From contig VMFR01000001.1 of the NCBI GenBank assembly GCA_007376135.1, positions 270,554 through 334,553 of the forward strand: a stretch of 64,000 nt of DNA, written 5' to 3'. A model generated the notes under the pieces. It was not told where the DNA came from and did not search any database. It was given only the letters and a program-made list of their open reading frames with translations. The translations under genes were made by a program, and so were the position numbers. The stretch is from Parcubacteria group bacterium Gr01-1014_31 (GTDB lineage: Bacteria > Patescibacteriota > Patescibacteriia > Buchananbacterales > GWA2-38-13). Positions 10,056-18,963 of the stretch are shown piece by piece. Numbering within the stretch: the stretch's first letter is position 1; each line of letters begins with the position of its first letter.

Positions 10056-10092
10056 GAATACCGCCCTGCGAGCGGGTGGTATTCTCCTTTCT
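10056..10092 (+). terminator. intrinsic terminator after pilin gene
   Basis: hairpin aataccgccc-tgcgag-cgggtggtatt then T-rich tract. Confidence 0.4.
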
Positions 10093-10098
10093 ACCCCA

Positions 10099-10238
10099 GT
10101 ACCAATGGCGCAGCTGGTGCTATGGTGAACCGCTGCGCCCAAAACGGTGAGGGGCTATTCGCCCCGCGCGGTTCGTGAACGCCGGGAACGGTAGCGGAGG
10201 AACAGCGGCAGATGTGGTAGGGACGGCGCCATTGGTAC
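10099..10238 (+). rRNA. candidate divergent 5S rRNA-like structured RNA (orphan, no 16S/23S nearby)
   Basis: 13-bp terminal helix gtaccaatggcgc/gcgccattggtac; 3' end GGTAGGGACGGCGCC resembles bacterial 5S AGUAGGGAACUGCC; CGTGAACGCCGGGAACGGTAGCGG resembles loop E region GUGAAACGCCG..GAUGGUAGUG; about 20 nt longer than canonical 5S. Confidence 0.3.
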
Positions 10239-10620
10239 GGGGTCATTTCCGTACCCTCTTCTATTCCTCCCGCTCCGATGGCCATCGGAGCGGCTATCCT
10301 GGAGGTCAGAAATGAAAAATCCCCCGCGTTCCCTACGCAGCGGGGGGCGTTGTTTGGGTCTGAGCTCAAAAGGAGCATCCATCGCTACTTCACAGGTATT
10401 GGTGGGACCGGTCCGGCGGTAGGGAGCGCCAAAACCAGTATGGCAGGCACGGCAATTGCAGGAACAGTAGCAGTTCGCGTCAGTCCGTCAAGGTCGCGAC
10501 GACGGAACGGGTGTGCTAGGATGAAGTCACTATGCCCTGCGGGACAACGGGCCCATACATTCCAGTGACACCGCCAGTCTTTCCGAAATAACCAATTTTC
10601 CCAACTTCACTCACTCGACC

Positions 10621-10836
10621 GTGGTACTACTGGGTATGCGGACCGCCGGTATCATCATTCAGGCCCTGGGCGACGTCATCGTGGCCTTCACCGTGCTGCG
10701 AGTGCACCACCGTATGATGATGGAGCACAAGATCGACAACCGCGTCGTGCGCGTCATGCGACGTGAGCAGCAAGTGGGTTTTACCGGCATCGCCCTCATC
10801 ATCATCGGGACCTACCTGCAGGTGGCCGCCCCCTGA
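10621..10836 (+). CDS. small hypothetical membrane protein (2 TM)
   Basis: ORF followed by clean terminator; GTG start (ATG alt at 10636). Confidence 0.35.
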   Translation: MVLLGMRTAGIIIQALGDVIVAFTVLRVHHRMMMEHKIDNRVVRVMRREQQVGFTGIALIIIGTYLQVAAP

Positions 10837-10861
10837 CCTCACCCCCGCGTCAAGCCAAAAC

Positions 10862-10886
10862 CACCCGGCGAGTGCCGGTTTTTTTG
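10862..10886 (+). terminator. intrinsic terminator
   Basis: ccggcgagtgccgg hairpin + T7. Confidence 0.5.
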
Positions 10887-11026
10887 CGCCGTTGCGCGAA
10901 CATCGGCGGATCGCCCCGGGGTCACAAAATGCCCCCCTTGACAGGCCGATACCATGCCGCCACAATTCCGTATTGGCTCCTTTTGTATTAACGTATGTCT
11001 ATACGTCCTTTTTCCAGGAGGCTGCC

Positions 11027-11272
11027 GTGCGAGATGGCATTTTCGACGTCCTGCTCAAGGACACCTGCGATGGCCTGTACGCCACATCCCTTCGCCTGCT
11101 GCGCCACGCGCGCTACATCGTCTTGGGCCTCGCGCTGGGGCTCATCGTGAGCGGGGTGGTGTACGCCCTGCGGACCGCCCCCGTCGGGTGGACCATCATC
11201 TTCGGGGGCTTGGTGGTCCTCGTCCTCAACCTCTACACCTGGCGTCACGTTCATGACGCCACCCGGGAATGA
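11027..11272 (+). CDS. small hypothetical membrane protein
   Basis: GTG start 7 nt after AGGAGG; hydrophobic C-terminal half; followed by terminator. Confidence 0.35.
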   Translation: MRDGIFDVLLKDTCDGLYATSLRLLRHARYIVLGLALGLIVSGVVYALRTAPVGWTIIFGGLVVLVLNLYTWRHVHDATRE

Positions 11273-11302
11273 TCTGACCCCCGTACCGCTCTTTCCCGCC
11301 AA

Positions 11303-11334
11303 CCCTGCTTCCAGCGAGCAGGGCTTCTTTTTTG
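11303..11334 (+). terminator. intrinsic terminator
   Basis: ccctgcttccagcgagcaggg hairpin + T-run. Confidence 0.55.
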
Positions 11335-11365
11335 TCGGACCGCGGGCGCGTGCTACCATGCCGGT

Positions 11366-11998
11366 ATGCGCAGACTTCCGCTTTTCCTCTTTGGCGCCAC
11401 GCTGATCGCCGGCTCCCTGCTGGTAGCGTGGGCCTGGCGGATCACCCGCTACCCCATACGCAATGCCCCCTCCGCCGGACGCGCCATGGTCGCCTTCGGC
11501 GACAGTTTGGTGTCCGGCGCAGGCGTCAAGCCCGGTGAAGAGTGGGTTGCTCTCTTGTCCGCCAGCCTCAAGCGTCCCATCGTGAATGCCGGCGTGCCGG
11601 GCGATACGACCGCCGCGGCGATCACCCGCCTCGACCAGCTGCAGGAACTCCATCCGGACCTGGTGATCGTGCTGCTCGGCGGCAACGATGCGCTCCAACG
11701 GGTCCCACCCGACCAGACCGTCGCCAACCTGCGCCGGATCATGACGCGCCTGCAGGATGGGGGTGCCGTGGTGCTGCTGGTGGGCGTGCGCGGCGGCGTC
11801 ATCGGCGATCCGTACCACCGGAAATTCGCCAAGCTCGCGCGCGAAACGAGCGCCGCGTATGTCCCTAATATTTTGGACAGCGTGCTGGGTAACGACTACC
11901 TGATGGCTGACGAATTACACCCGAACTTCCGCGGGCAGCGGGTGATGGCCGAACGGCTATTGCCCACGGTCCAGTGGCTACTGGGCCAGGACCGCTGA
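11366..11998 (+). CDS. SGNH/GDSL-family hydrolase (arylesterase-like) with signal peptide
   Basis: block I AFGDSLVSG, block III GGNDA, block V DELHPN. Confidence 0.75.
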   Translation: MRRLPLFLFGATLIAGSLLVAWAWRITRYPIRNAPSAGRAMVAFGDSLVSGAGVKPGEEWVALLSASLKRPIVNAGVPGDTTAAAITRLDQLQELHPDLVIVLLGGNDALQRVPPDQTVANLRRIMTRLQDGGAVVLLVGVRGGVIGDPYHRKFAKLARETSAAYVPNILDSVLGNDYLMADELHPNFRGQRVMAERLLPTVQWLLGQDR

Positions 11999-12033
11999 GG
12001 TTCGGGACGGCTTGACGGCGGCGCAGGCGAACG

Positions 12034-12060
12034 GTACCGTGAACGCGGTACTTTTTTTGC
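12034..12060 (+). terminator. intrinsic terminator
   Basis: gtaccgtgaacgcggtac hairpin + T8. Confidence 0.55.
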
Positions 12061-12085
12061 CGTACCACGGCGGAAAGGAGCCGCA

Positions 12086-12295
12086 ATGGACTCCGTGGTC
12101 AGCTGGTTCGCGTTCGCCGCGTTCGTGGCCTACGTCTTTTCCCGCTTCATCCTCCCCTTGGCGGGTGTCTGCGGTCTGCTGGGCCTGGGCCTGCTGTTTG
12201 CCCTCCCGACGTCGGGCTGCGTGCTCATCTGCGCCGGCGTGCTCCTTGGCGGCCTTTGCCAGATCGGCAGGGCCATATTCAAGGACCTCGAGTAA
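12086..12295 (+). CDS. small hypothetical membrane protein (69 aa)
   Basis: AAAGGAG RBS 6 nt upstream of ATG; two hydrophobic helices. Confidence 0.45.
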   Translation: MDSVVSWFAFAAFVAYVFSRFILPLAGVCGLLGLGLLFALPTSGCVLICAGVLLGGLCQIGRAIFKDLE

Positions 12296-12368
12296 GTATG
12301 CCGTCCTCCTCCCTGGGCGGCCTTTTTTTAGGCTGACACGACCGCTGCCTTCTGATACGCTGAAGAAC

Positions 12369-12755
12369 ATGCCCCCAGCAACTCCGCGGCGCATATTCGA
12401 GCAATGGATATCCCAGGCCGTCGCCGCCCTTCCCGACGAGCTGCGCGCGCGCCTGGAGAACGTCGCGTTCGTACTGGAAGATGATGACCGGTCCGGCCGG
12501 TACCTGGGGCTGTATCATGGCGTGCCCAAGCCGCACCGCACGCTCAACGACAGCGGCGTGCTGCCGGATAAGATCACCATCTTCCAGACGCCCATCGAGC
12601 GCGAAGCGGATTCCCCCGAGGCCCTGCCCGACCTGGTGCGGCTGGTCGTCTGGCACGAGATCGGCCACTACTTCGGTTTTTCCGAACGGCGCGTCCGACA
12701 GATGGAACACCACTGGGCCAAACGGCTGAAAACCCGCGACCATGAGCATCATTAA
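12369..12755 (+). CDS. minimal zinc metallopeptidase-like protein (COG3824/DUF1025-type HExxH)
   Basis: VWHEIGHYFGFSE HExxH motif near C-terminus, 128 aa. Confidence 0.55.
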   Translation: MPPATPRRIFEQWISQAVAALPDELRARLENVAFVLEDDDRSGRYLGLYHGVPKPHRTLNDSGVLPDKITIFQTPIEREADSPEALPDLVRLVVWHEIGHYFGFSERRVRQMEHHWAKRLKTRDHEHH

Positions 12756-14277
12756 CGACCTGCGCGATTGGCGCAACCGAACGGCCCGCCAGGAAGGTGT
12801 GGAGCCGTACTTCGTGCTGCACAATAAGACCATCGAGGAAATCGCTCGCGCCAAGCCCGAAACCGCCGACGCCCTGGCGAACATCAAAGGCCTGGGCGAA
12901 AAAAAGATCGCCAAGTACGGGAGCGCCATCCTGACGATCTTGCGCGGCGTTCCCAAGGACGCACCGGCTTCGGACGATACGGTGCTCACCGTCGGGCAGT
13001 ACCTTGCCCGTCTCAACGACGCGCTCGTCGGGCTGCCCGCCCGTCTGCGGGGCGAGGTCGGCCGCATCAACGAACGCGAGAACGTCATCTATTTCGATTT
13101 CCGCGACGGGAGCGGCGATGCCGTGCTCTCTTGCCTGATCTTTTCCAGCCGCTACCGCCTGATGGGCGTGGAGCTGCGCGAAGGCATGGAGATCGTTATT
13201 ACCGGCGTGCCGTCGGTATGGCCGCGCACCGGACGATTGAGCTTCCGCACCGAAACCCTGGAACTGGTGGGCGAAGGAAAGTTGCAGCAAGCGTACCTCG
13301 CCCTGCAGCGCAAACTGCAGGCCGAAGGGTTATTTGCCCCGGAGCGGAAGCGTCCGCTCCCCGCCTACGCCCAGCGGATCGGCCTCATCACGTCGGCACA
13401 CGGCGACGCCCTGTTCGATTTCACCAGCAACCTCACGCGCGCGGGGCTACGCATCGAATTCCTTGATTGCCGGGTGGAGGGTGTGCGCGCCGTTCCCGAA
13501 CTGGTTTCCGCGCTCGCACATTTCAACGCGCGGCCGCCGGATGCGGTGGTGGTCATCCGCGGCGGCGGCAGCTGGGAATCGCTGCAGGCCTTCAACAACG
13601 AAGCGGTGTGCCGCGCGGTCGGTGATAGCCGCGCACCCGTACTGGCCGGCATCGGCCATGAACGCGACGTGCCGCTGGCGGCGATGGTCGCCGACCGCTT
13701 TGTCTCCACGCCGACAGCGACCGCCGTGCTCTTGTCGCAGCCCTGGCAGGACGCTCGGTATTCGGTCGGCAGGTCGGCGCAGATGGTGGAACAACGCCTG
13801 AGCGAACAACTCGCCCGGCAACGCCGGGACATCGCCGTGATCGCGTCCGCCGTGGCGGACGCCGCCCACCAGCCCCTGCTGGACCAGCGGCAGCGCCTTC
13901 GGCTGGCCACCATGCGCATCCAGAACGGATTTGCGGCCGTGCTGCGCCGCTGGCCCACTTTGGTTTCCCGCATCTCGTCGGGACTGGCGGCGCTGCGGCA
14001 ACGACTTGGGACCCATCGACTGCAGCTGCGCTCCTGCGCGCAGACGGTCTCGCGCCGCTTACCGGCCGAACACATCCGCGCCCGCGCCGCCTTGAACCGA
14101 CTCCACCAGATCGCCGACGCCCGCCACCCTCAACGATTGCTCGAACTGGGCTACAGCCTTGTCCGACATAGCGGAAAACTGGTACGCTCCCGTCAGCAGC
14201 TCACCAAGGGCGCCGACGTGTCGCTGCAGTTTCATGACGGCAGCGCATCGGGCACCATCACAAAATTAACCCCCTAA
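12742..14277 (+). CDS. xseA: exodeoxyribonuclease VII large subunit with N-terminal HRDC domain fusion
   Basis: N-terminal HRDC-like segment (ARQEGVEPYFVLHNKTIEEIA...GLGEKKIAKYG), then XseA OB-fold (LTVGQYLARLNDAL) and catalytic core (GLITSAHGDALFDF, VIRGGGSWESL). Confidence 0.75.
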   Translation: MSIINDLRDWRNRTARQEGVEPYFVLHNKTIEEIARAKPETADALANIKGLGEKKIAKYGSAILTILRGVPKDAPASDDTVLTVGQYLARLNDALVGLPARLRGEVGRINERENVIYFDFRDGSGDAVLSCLIFSSRYRLMGVELREGMEIVITGVPSVWPRTGRLSFRTETLELVGEGKLQQAYLALQRKLQAEGLFAPERKRPLPAYAQRIGLITSAHGDALFDFTSNLTRAGLRIEFLDCRVEGVRAVPELVSALAHFNARPPDAVVVIRGGGSWESLQAFNNEAVCRAVGDSRAPVLAGIGHERDVPLAAMVADRFVSTPTATAVLLSQPWQDARYSVGRSAQMVEQRLSEQLARQRRDIAVIASAVADAAHQPLLDQRQRLRLATMRIQNGFAAVLRRWPTLVSRISSGLAALRQRLGTHRLQLRSCAQTVSRRLPAEHIRARAALNRLHQIADARHPQRLLELGYSLVRHSGKLVRSRQQLTKGADVSLQFHDGSASGTITKLTP

Positions 14278-14281
14278 CGGT

Positions 14282-14521
14282 ATGACCACCCCAGAACAAA
14301 ACTTCGGGAAGCTGATGCAACAGCTGCAGGAGATCGTGGACTGGTACGAGCAGCAAGAAGAACTGGACCTAGAAGAAGGGCTGAAAAAAGCGAAGCACGC
14401 GGCGGAGCTCATCCGCCAGTGTGCGCAGCGCCTTTCGCAGCTGGAGAACGAATTCGTCAAGATCAAGGCGGACCTGGAAGCCGCTTCCGGACCAGCGCCA
14501 GACCCCAATAGCGCGGAGTGA
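14282..14521 (+). CDS. xseB: exodeoxyribonuclease VII small subunit
   Basis: 79-aa helical protein FGKLMQQLQEIVDWYEQ...LEEGL typical of XseB, immediately downstream of xseA. Confidence 0.8.
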   Translation: MTTPEQNFGKLMQQLQEIVDWYEQQEELDLEEGLKKAKHAAELIRQCAQRLSQLENEFVKIKADLEAASGPAPDPNSAE

Positions 14522-14982
14522 TGCGACGGCTTCGGGACGACAACTACGAGCGGAGCAACGCCGTCACGACGGTGGAAGTCGCCATCACCGCCGCCGCCCG
14601 CGACCTGACCGATCGGCTCCTTCGCTCCTCCGGCACCGCGGAGCGCCAGGGACTGGGCGAAGCGCTCTTGGATGAACTGGCGGATGGCGCCCGCGTGGAT
14701 ATCTGCACGCTCAAGGTGTCCGACACCCAACAATATCACCGGCGGGTCGCCGGACGAACCGTGTTCAAGCAATACGGCTACTACCGGCCGCAATCGCACT
14801 ACATTTATATCCAGAACAAAACGGCCGTACGCGGCCAGATCCTGGCCCCCCGATCGTTCGTGGAGACTTTGCTGCACGAGTGGACCCACCACTACGATTT
14901 CCTTGTGCTCAAACTTCGCTCCATCCATACGGCCGGATTCTACGCGCGGTTGCGCGACTTAAAAGAAAAGCTCGGCATTTGA
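14521..14982 (+). CDS. hypothetical protein with HExxH motif (LLHEWTHH), possible metallopeptidase-like
   Basis: start overlaps xseB stop (GTGATG); no other recognisable domain. Confidence 0.45.
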   Translation: MRRLRDDNYERSNAVTTVEVAITAAARDLTDRLLRSSGTAERQGLGEALLDELADGARVDICTLKVSDTQQYHRRVAGRTVFKQYGYYRPQSHYIYIQNKTAVRGQILAPRSFVETLLHEWTHHYDFLVLKLRSIHTAGFYARLRDLKEKLGI

Positions 14983-15171
14983 TACCACGGAATGAGGCGG
15001 GATGAATGCACTTTACGCAGCAGCGGACCGAAGCACGGTGTGCAGATCAGCGACGCGGATCACGCACAGATACATTTTTTTTGTGAATAGCGTCGCAAAA
15101 CTGTTTTTTATGGGTCGACGCTTCCGCTCACCACCGCACGGTGCTACAATGTCCTTATTAATGTTAACCAC

Positions 15172-15435
15172 ATGACTATGGCGACCGCAAAAAAACGCGT
15201 TGCAAAACCCGCCATTCGCCGTCAGCCGCCGCTGCCGGAGCAGTTGAAAACCGCCCTGCACGAGATGACTCAGGAAGTGGTGACCTTGGCGAAGGAAGCG
15301 AAGCGAAAATTCGACGGTCTGGATGATGCGACCAAACGCAAGGTGCTCACCGGGTTAAGCGGCGCGGCGGCGCTGTTGGCGCTGCGGGCGCACCACCGGC
15401 ACAAGAAACGCTGGAAAGCCAAACATCAGAAGTAA
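15172..15435 (+). CDS. small basic hypothetical protein (87 aa)
   Basis: ATG ORF followed by strong terminator; Lys/Arg-rich termini. Confidence 0.4.
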   Translation: MTMATAKKRVAKPAIRRQPPLPEQLKTALHEMTQEVVTLAKEAKRKFDGLDDATKRKVLTGLSGAAALLALRAHHRHKKRWKAKHQK

Positions 15436-15445
15436 ATACGAAAAA

Positions 15446-15472
15446 CTGCCCGCTCGCGGGCAGTTTTTTTTA
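15446..15472 (+). terminator. intrinsic terminator
   Basis: ctgcccgctcgcgggcag hairpin + T8. Confidence 0.6.
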
Positions 15473-15485
15473 CGCGCGCGTTAAC

Positions 15486-16787
15486 CTAGCGCGGCCACTC
15501 CGGACCCTGGCGCACGAGCAGCTCTTGCGCGCGTTGCGGCTCGGCCATCAGTTCCTTGACGACACGCTCCATCCGCACCCCCTGCGACCCCTTGACCAAC
15601 AGCACGTCGCCCGGCTCCAGCCGGTCCTGCAGGAAACGCCCGGCGGTCGCCGCATCCGGGAACGTGAACACGCGCTCCTCCGGCATGCCGGCCTCACGCG
15701 CCCCACGCGCGATATCGCGGCTCAACTCGCCGACGGCGACCAGGATATCCGTGCGCGAGGTGGCGACCAGCGCCCCCAGCTCGCGGTGCGCTCGGCCGGC
15801 GATCCTCCCCAGCTCGAGCATGTCGCCCAAGACCGCGAACTTTTGTCCATCGCGGCTCGGAACGGAGTCCAGCAGCCGTACGGCGGCGGCGGCGGCCGAC
15901 GGAGAACTATTATAGCTGTCGTCAATGATGGCGCTGCGCTTGATACCGGGGACCAGGCGCGATCGGCCCGGCGGCGGTTGATAGGGGCTGGCCGCGGCAA
16001 CCGCGTCACGCAACCGCATTCCTTCCGCCACGCCAACGGCAATTCCCGCCAACGGCGCGTAGAGTATCGCCTCCCCCAGGACATTGGGCAGCGAGAGCGG
16101 CGCGATCTCCTCCTTGTACTGCACGGTGCAGGCGATGCCGCCGTGCAACCGTCCTTCCGCATCCGTCCCGTAGGTCGTGCGCACGCCGACGGCCCGCAAG
16201 AGGGCGCCTTCGCTCATTCCGTAGGTGATGACGCGCGCTTTGGTTTTCTTCGCCATGGCCGCGGCCAGGGGTTCGTCGGCGTTGAGCACCGCCGTACCGT
16301 CGGCGGGCAACGCGGCAACCAGCCTCCCCTTCTCGGCGGCGACTGCGGCCACGGTCTTCATCGTCGCCAGGTGCACCGCGGACACCGCGGTCACGACGGC
16401 AATCTTGGGCTGCAGAAATTCCACCAGGTAGGCCATATCCTGAGGCTTATCGACGCCCAACTCCAGCACCAGCCGCGCCGGATAGCGCCGGCGCGCGCCC
16501 CAGCCCTGCCGGATACCGTCCCACAGCACGGTCAGCCACCGCAACGGCGAGCGCAGACCGCTTTCCTGATCCAGCACCGCCAGCGGCACCCCCAATTCGT
16601 TGTTGTAGTTCTTGGGGCTGACCCGCAGCGAATCCAGGCTGCCCAGCACGAGCGCGATGGCTTGCACCGACGAAGTCTTGCCGACGCTCCCGGTAACGCC
16701 GATGACCGTCGGATGGTAACGGAACACAACCCGGCGCGCGAGCATGCGCAGGGCACGTTGGAGTGTGTGACGAATAACGGGGATCAT
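15486..16787 (-). CDS. murF: UDP-N-acetylmuramoyl-tripeptide--D-alanyl-D-alanine ligase
   Basis: Mur ligase P-loop GVTGSVGKTS, MurF-specific DDSYNSSP and LLVKGSQGVRMERVV motifs; last gene of dcw block. Confidence 0.75.
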   Translation of the reverse strand: MIPVIRHTLQRALRMLARRVVFRYHPTVIGVTGSVGKTSSVQAIALVLGSLDSLRVSPKNYNNELGVPLAVLDQESGLRSPLRWLTVLWDGIRQGWGARRRYPARLVLELGVDKPQDMAYLVEFLQPKIAVVTAVSAVHLATMKTVAAVAAEKGRLVAALPADGTAVLNADEPLAAAMAKKTKARVITYGMSEGALLRAVGVRTTYGTDAEGRLHGGIACTVQYKEEIAPLSLPNVLGEAILYAPLAGIAVGVAEGMRLRDAVAAASPYQPPPGRSRLVPGIKRSAIIDDSYNSSPSAAAAAVRLLDSVPSRDGQKFAVLGDMLELGRIAGRAHRELGALVATSRTDILVAVGELSRDIARGAREAGMPEERVFTFPDAATAGRFLQDRLEPGDVLLVKGSQGVRMERVVKELMAEPQRAQELLVRQGPEWPR

Positions 16788-16791
16788 ACCA

Positions 16792-18567
16792 CTACCGCTG
16801 CGGCGGCAATTGGAAGTAGTCTACCAAAAACTCGCCGAGCTGACGAAAGATGACGGTCGTGGAATCGGCGGCATGCTTGACCTTGGTCGGCCGATCCAAT
16901 TTCACCAGAATGACGAAGGCCGGCTTGTAGGCGGGGAAATACCCGATGAACGTGTGGTTGACCTCCTCGCCATAGCCGCCGGCGGGGTCGGCGATCTGGG
17001 CCGTGCCGGTCTTGCCGGCGACGTAGTACCCGTTCAGTTTGGCCTTGTGGTCGTAGGCACCCTCCAGGGCCTGCACCAACATCCCGGTCACCGTGCTGGC
17101 GGTACGGGACGTGATCACCTGGCGAATGGCCTGCGGCGCGGTTTTCACCACCGTGCCATCGGCATGCCGTCGTTCCGCAACGATGTAGGGTCGCATCAGC
17201 GTGCCATTGTTGGCCAGCACCTCGTAGGCGAGGGCAAGCTGCAACGGCGTGACGGTGATCCCCTGCCCGAAGGAAGCGGTCATGGCATAGATCTCGCCTC
17301 GCCGGTCCAGGCTGCTGATGTTGCCGGCCACCTCGGCGTCCAGCGTGATACCCGTCGGCTTGCCAAATCCGAAATCCTGCACGTAGCGGCGGAAGGCCTC
17401 CTTCCCCACCTTGGTGACCACATAGACGGCTCCGGTATTGAGGGATTTCTCCAGCACCTGCACCATGGTCTGTAGACCGTGCGCCTGCAGGTCGGAATTA
17501 CGGATGCGCTTGCCGTCCGCCAGCTTGATCTCGCCGGAATCTTCATACACGTCCTGGGGTTTCACCGCGCCGCGGTCGATCGCCGCCGCCATGGTGATGG
17601 GCTTGAAGACCGATCCGGGCTCGTAGGCTTCAAAAATAGCGGGATTGTTATAGACCGAGGGGTCCTTTGCTTCGGAGTACAGCACGGGGTCGAAATTCGG
17701 CACGCTGCACATCGCCAGCACCGCGCCGGTGGACGGCTGCAGCACGATGACCGTGCCGCCCTGCGCCGAGAATGTTTCCACACCCTGCCGCAGACGATCG
17801 CACGCGGCGATCTGCACCGCGCGGTCGACGGTCAGCACCAGGTCGTCGCCGTCCCGCGCCTCTTGCACGCTCCGTTTGCCAATCGCCAGCGGCCGCCCGT
17901 AGGCGTCCGCCACCCCGCGCTCGCTGCCGGCTGCTCCGGCCAGCTCACGCTCGAAGTACCCCTCCAAACCATACCGGCCGACCCGCCGGTCGTCGGAATA
18001 ACCGATAAACCCCAGCAGCTGGCCGCTGAATCCCGGTTCCGGGTAATACCGGTAGCTCTCGCGCACGTCCGTGATACCGGGCAGCGCCGCGGCACGGATC
18101 TTCTCGACCTGTTCCTTGGTCACCTTGCGCCACAAGGGTTCATACGGATCGGAACGGCGCGAAAGTTTCGCCGCGATCGACGGCCATTCCTCGGGCGTGA
18201 GGTCCAGTACGGTTGAGAGCGTATCCACGACCCGGCCGGGGTTGGTCACCTTGCTCGGATTGGCGACGACCAGATAGTAGGTGCGGTTGGTGACGATCGG
18301 GTACTCTCGGCCGCGCTCCCGCACGAAGATCGAGCCGCGATCCGGCTCCAGTTCGCGGTACGCGTCCTGCGCCTTGGCCGCCAAGCTCATAAAGTAGTCA
18401 TGCCGCACCACCTGCAGATAGAATAAACGCACGATGATGACCAGCGCGCACAAAAAAAAGACGGCGCCCAGCATCCAAGCGCGCCGTATGGTCGGATCGG
18501 TGACCAACCGTGCGTGCCGCGGCAGCATCGGCTGCGCTATCCCACGGCGGGGAGCGGCGTCCAGCAT
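16792..18567 (-). CDS. ftsI: peptidoglycan D,D-transpeptidase (class B PBP, FtsI/PBP2-like)
   Basis: N-terminal TM, dimerisation domain, transpeptidase SxxK (SVFKP), SxN and KTG (KTGTA) motifs. Confidence 0.9.
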   Translation of the reverse strand: MLDAAPRRGIAQPMLPRHARLVTDPTIRRAWMLGAVFFLCALVIIVRLFYLQVVRHDYFMSLAAKAQDAYRELEPDRGSIFVRERGREYPIVTNRTYYLVVANPSKVTNPGRVVDTLSTVLDLTPEEWPSIAAKLSRRSDPYEPLWRKVTKEQVEKIRAAALPGITDVRESYRYYPEPGFSGQLLGFIGYSDDRRVGRYGLEGYFERELAGAAGSERGVADAYGRPLAIGKRSVQEARDGDDLVLTVDRAVQIAACDRLRQGVETFSAQGGTVIVLQPSTGAVLAMCSVPNFDPVLYSEAKDPSVYNNPAIFEAYEPGSVFKPITMAAAIDRGAVKPQDVYEDSGEIKLADGKRIRNSDLQAHGLQTMVQVLEKSLNTGAVYVVTKVGKEAFRRYVQDFGFGKPTGITLDAEVAGNISSLDRRGEIYAMTASFGQGITVTPLQLALAYEVLANNGTLMRPYIVAERRHADGTVVKTAPQAIRQVITSRTASTVTGMLVQALEGAYDHKAKLNGYYVAGKTGTAQIADPAGGYGEEVNHTFIGYFPAYKPAFVILVKLDRPTKVKHAADSTTVIFRQLGEFLVDYFQLPPQR

Positions 18568-18579
18568 CGGGTCGGTGCG

Positions 18580-18951
18580 TTAGTTCCCGGCGCTCCCGGA
18601 CGGCGCGTAGCCGACCGGACCGGCGGCCGCGTTGACGTAGCGAACGTCATTGGCCGGCACCAGCTGCAGCGAGGAGACGCGCCGCTCGAGATTCTGGAAT
18701 GACTGCAGCTCCAGGGCCCGGCTCTCCAGGTCACGGGTTTCCAATCGCAGCTGATCGAGCTGGTCGCGCAGGGACTGCATCTGGTACCCCTTCGCCGCCA
18801 AGCTGTTGGCCTGCACCAGGTACGAAGCGAGCGCGAACAGCAACCCGCCAACGGCGACCGTACACCAGACCCGCGGGTTGAATGAGGGCAACGCCGCCGC
18901 CGTCGCTCCGGTCCCGCCGGTACGATGGTGCATCGCGTAGAAACGTCCCAT
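18580..18951 (-). CDS. ftsL: cell division protein FtsL/DivIC-like (septum formation initiator)
   Basis: single TM followed by coiled-coil LRDQLDQLRLETRDLESRALELQ; position between rsmH and ftsI. Confidence 0.55.
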   Translation of the reverse strand: MGRFYAMHHRTGGTGATAAALPSFNPRVWCTVAVGGLLFALASYLVQANSLAAKGYQMQSLRDQLDQLRLETRDLESRALELQSFQNLERRVSSLQLVPANDVRYVNAAAGPVGYAPSGSAGN

Positions 18952-18963
18952 AGGTTTTTGTGA

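Noticed and set aside
10250-10620. Possible tRNA or small leader peptide ORF (MKNPPRSLRS..., GGAGG-6-ATG at 10311) downstream of the 5S-like RNA
   Set aside because: No cloverleaf or T-loop consensus found; the 34-aa ORF has a good RBS but nothing else supporting it; left unannotated.
15013-15261. 82-aa minus-strand ORF overlapping the start of the 15172..15435 gene
   Set aside because: Overlaps a better-supported plus-strand ORF that ends at a strong terminator; no RBS.
15525-18216. Plus-strand ORFs 15525..16853, 16810..17475 and 17479..18216
   Set aside because: Antisense to murF and ftsI, which have clear catalytic motifs; translations are Arg/Gly-rich.
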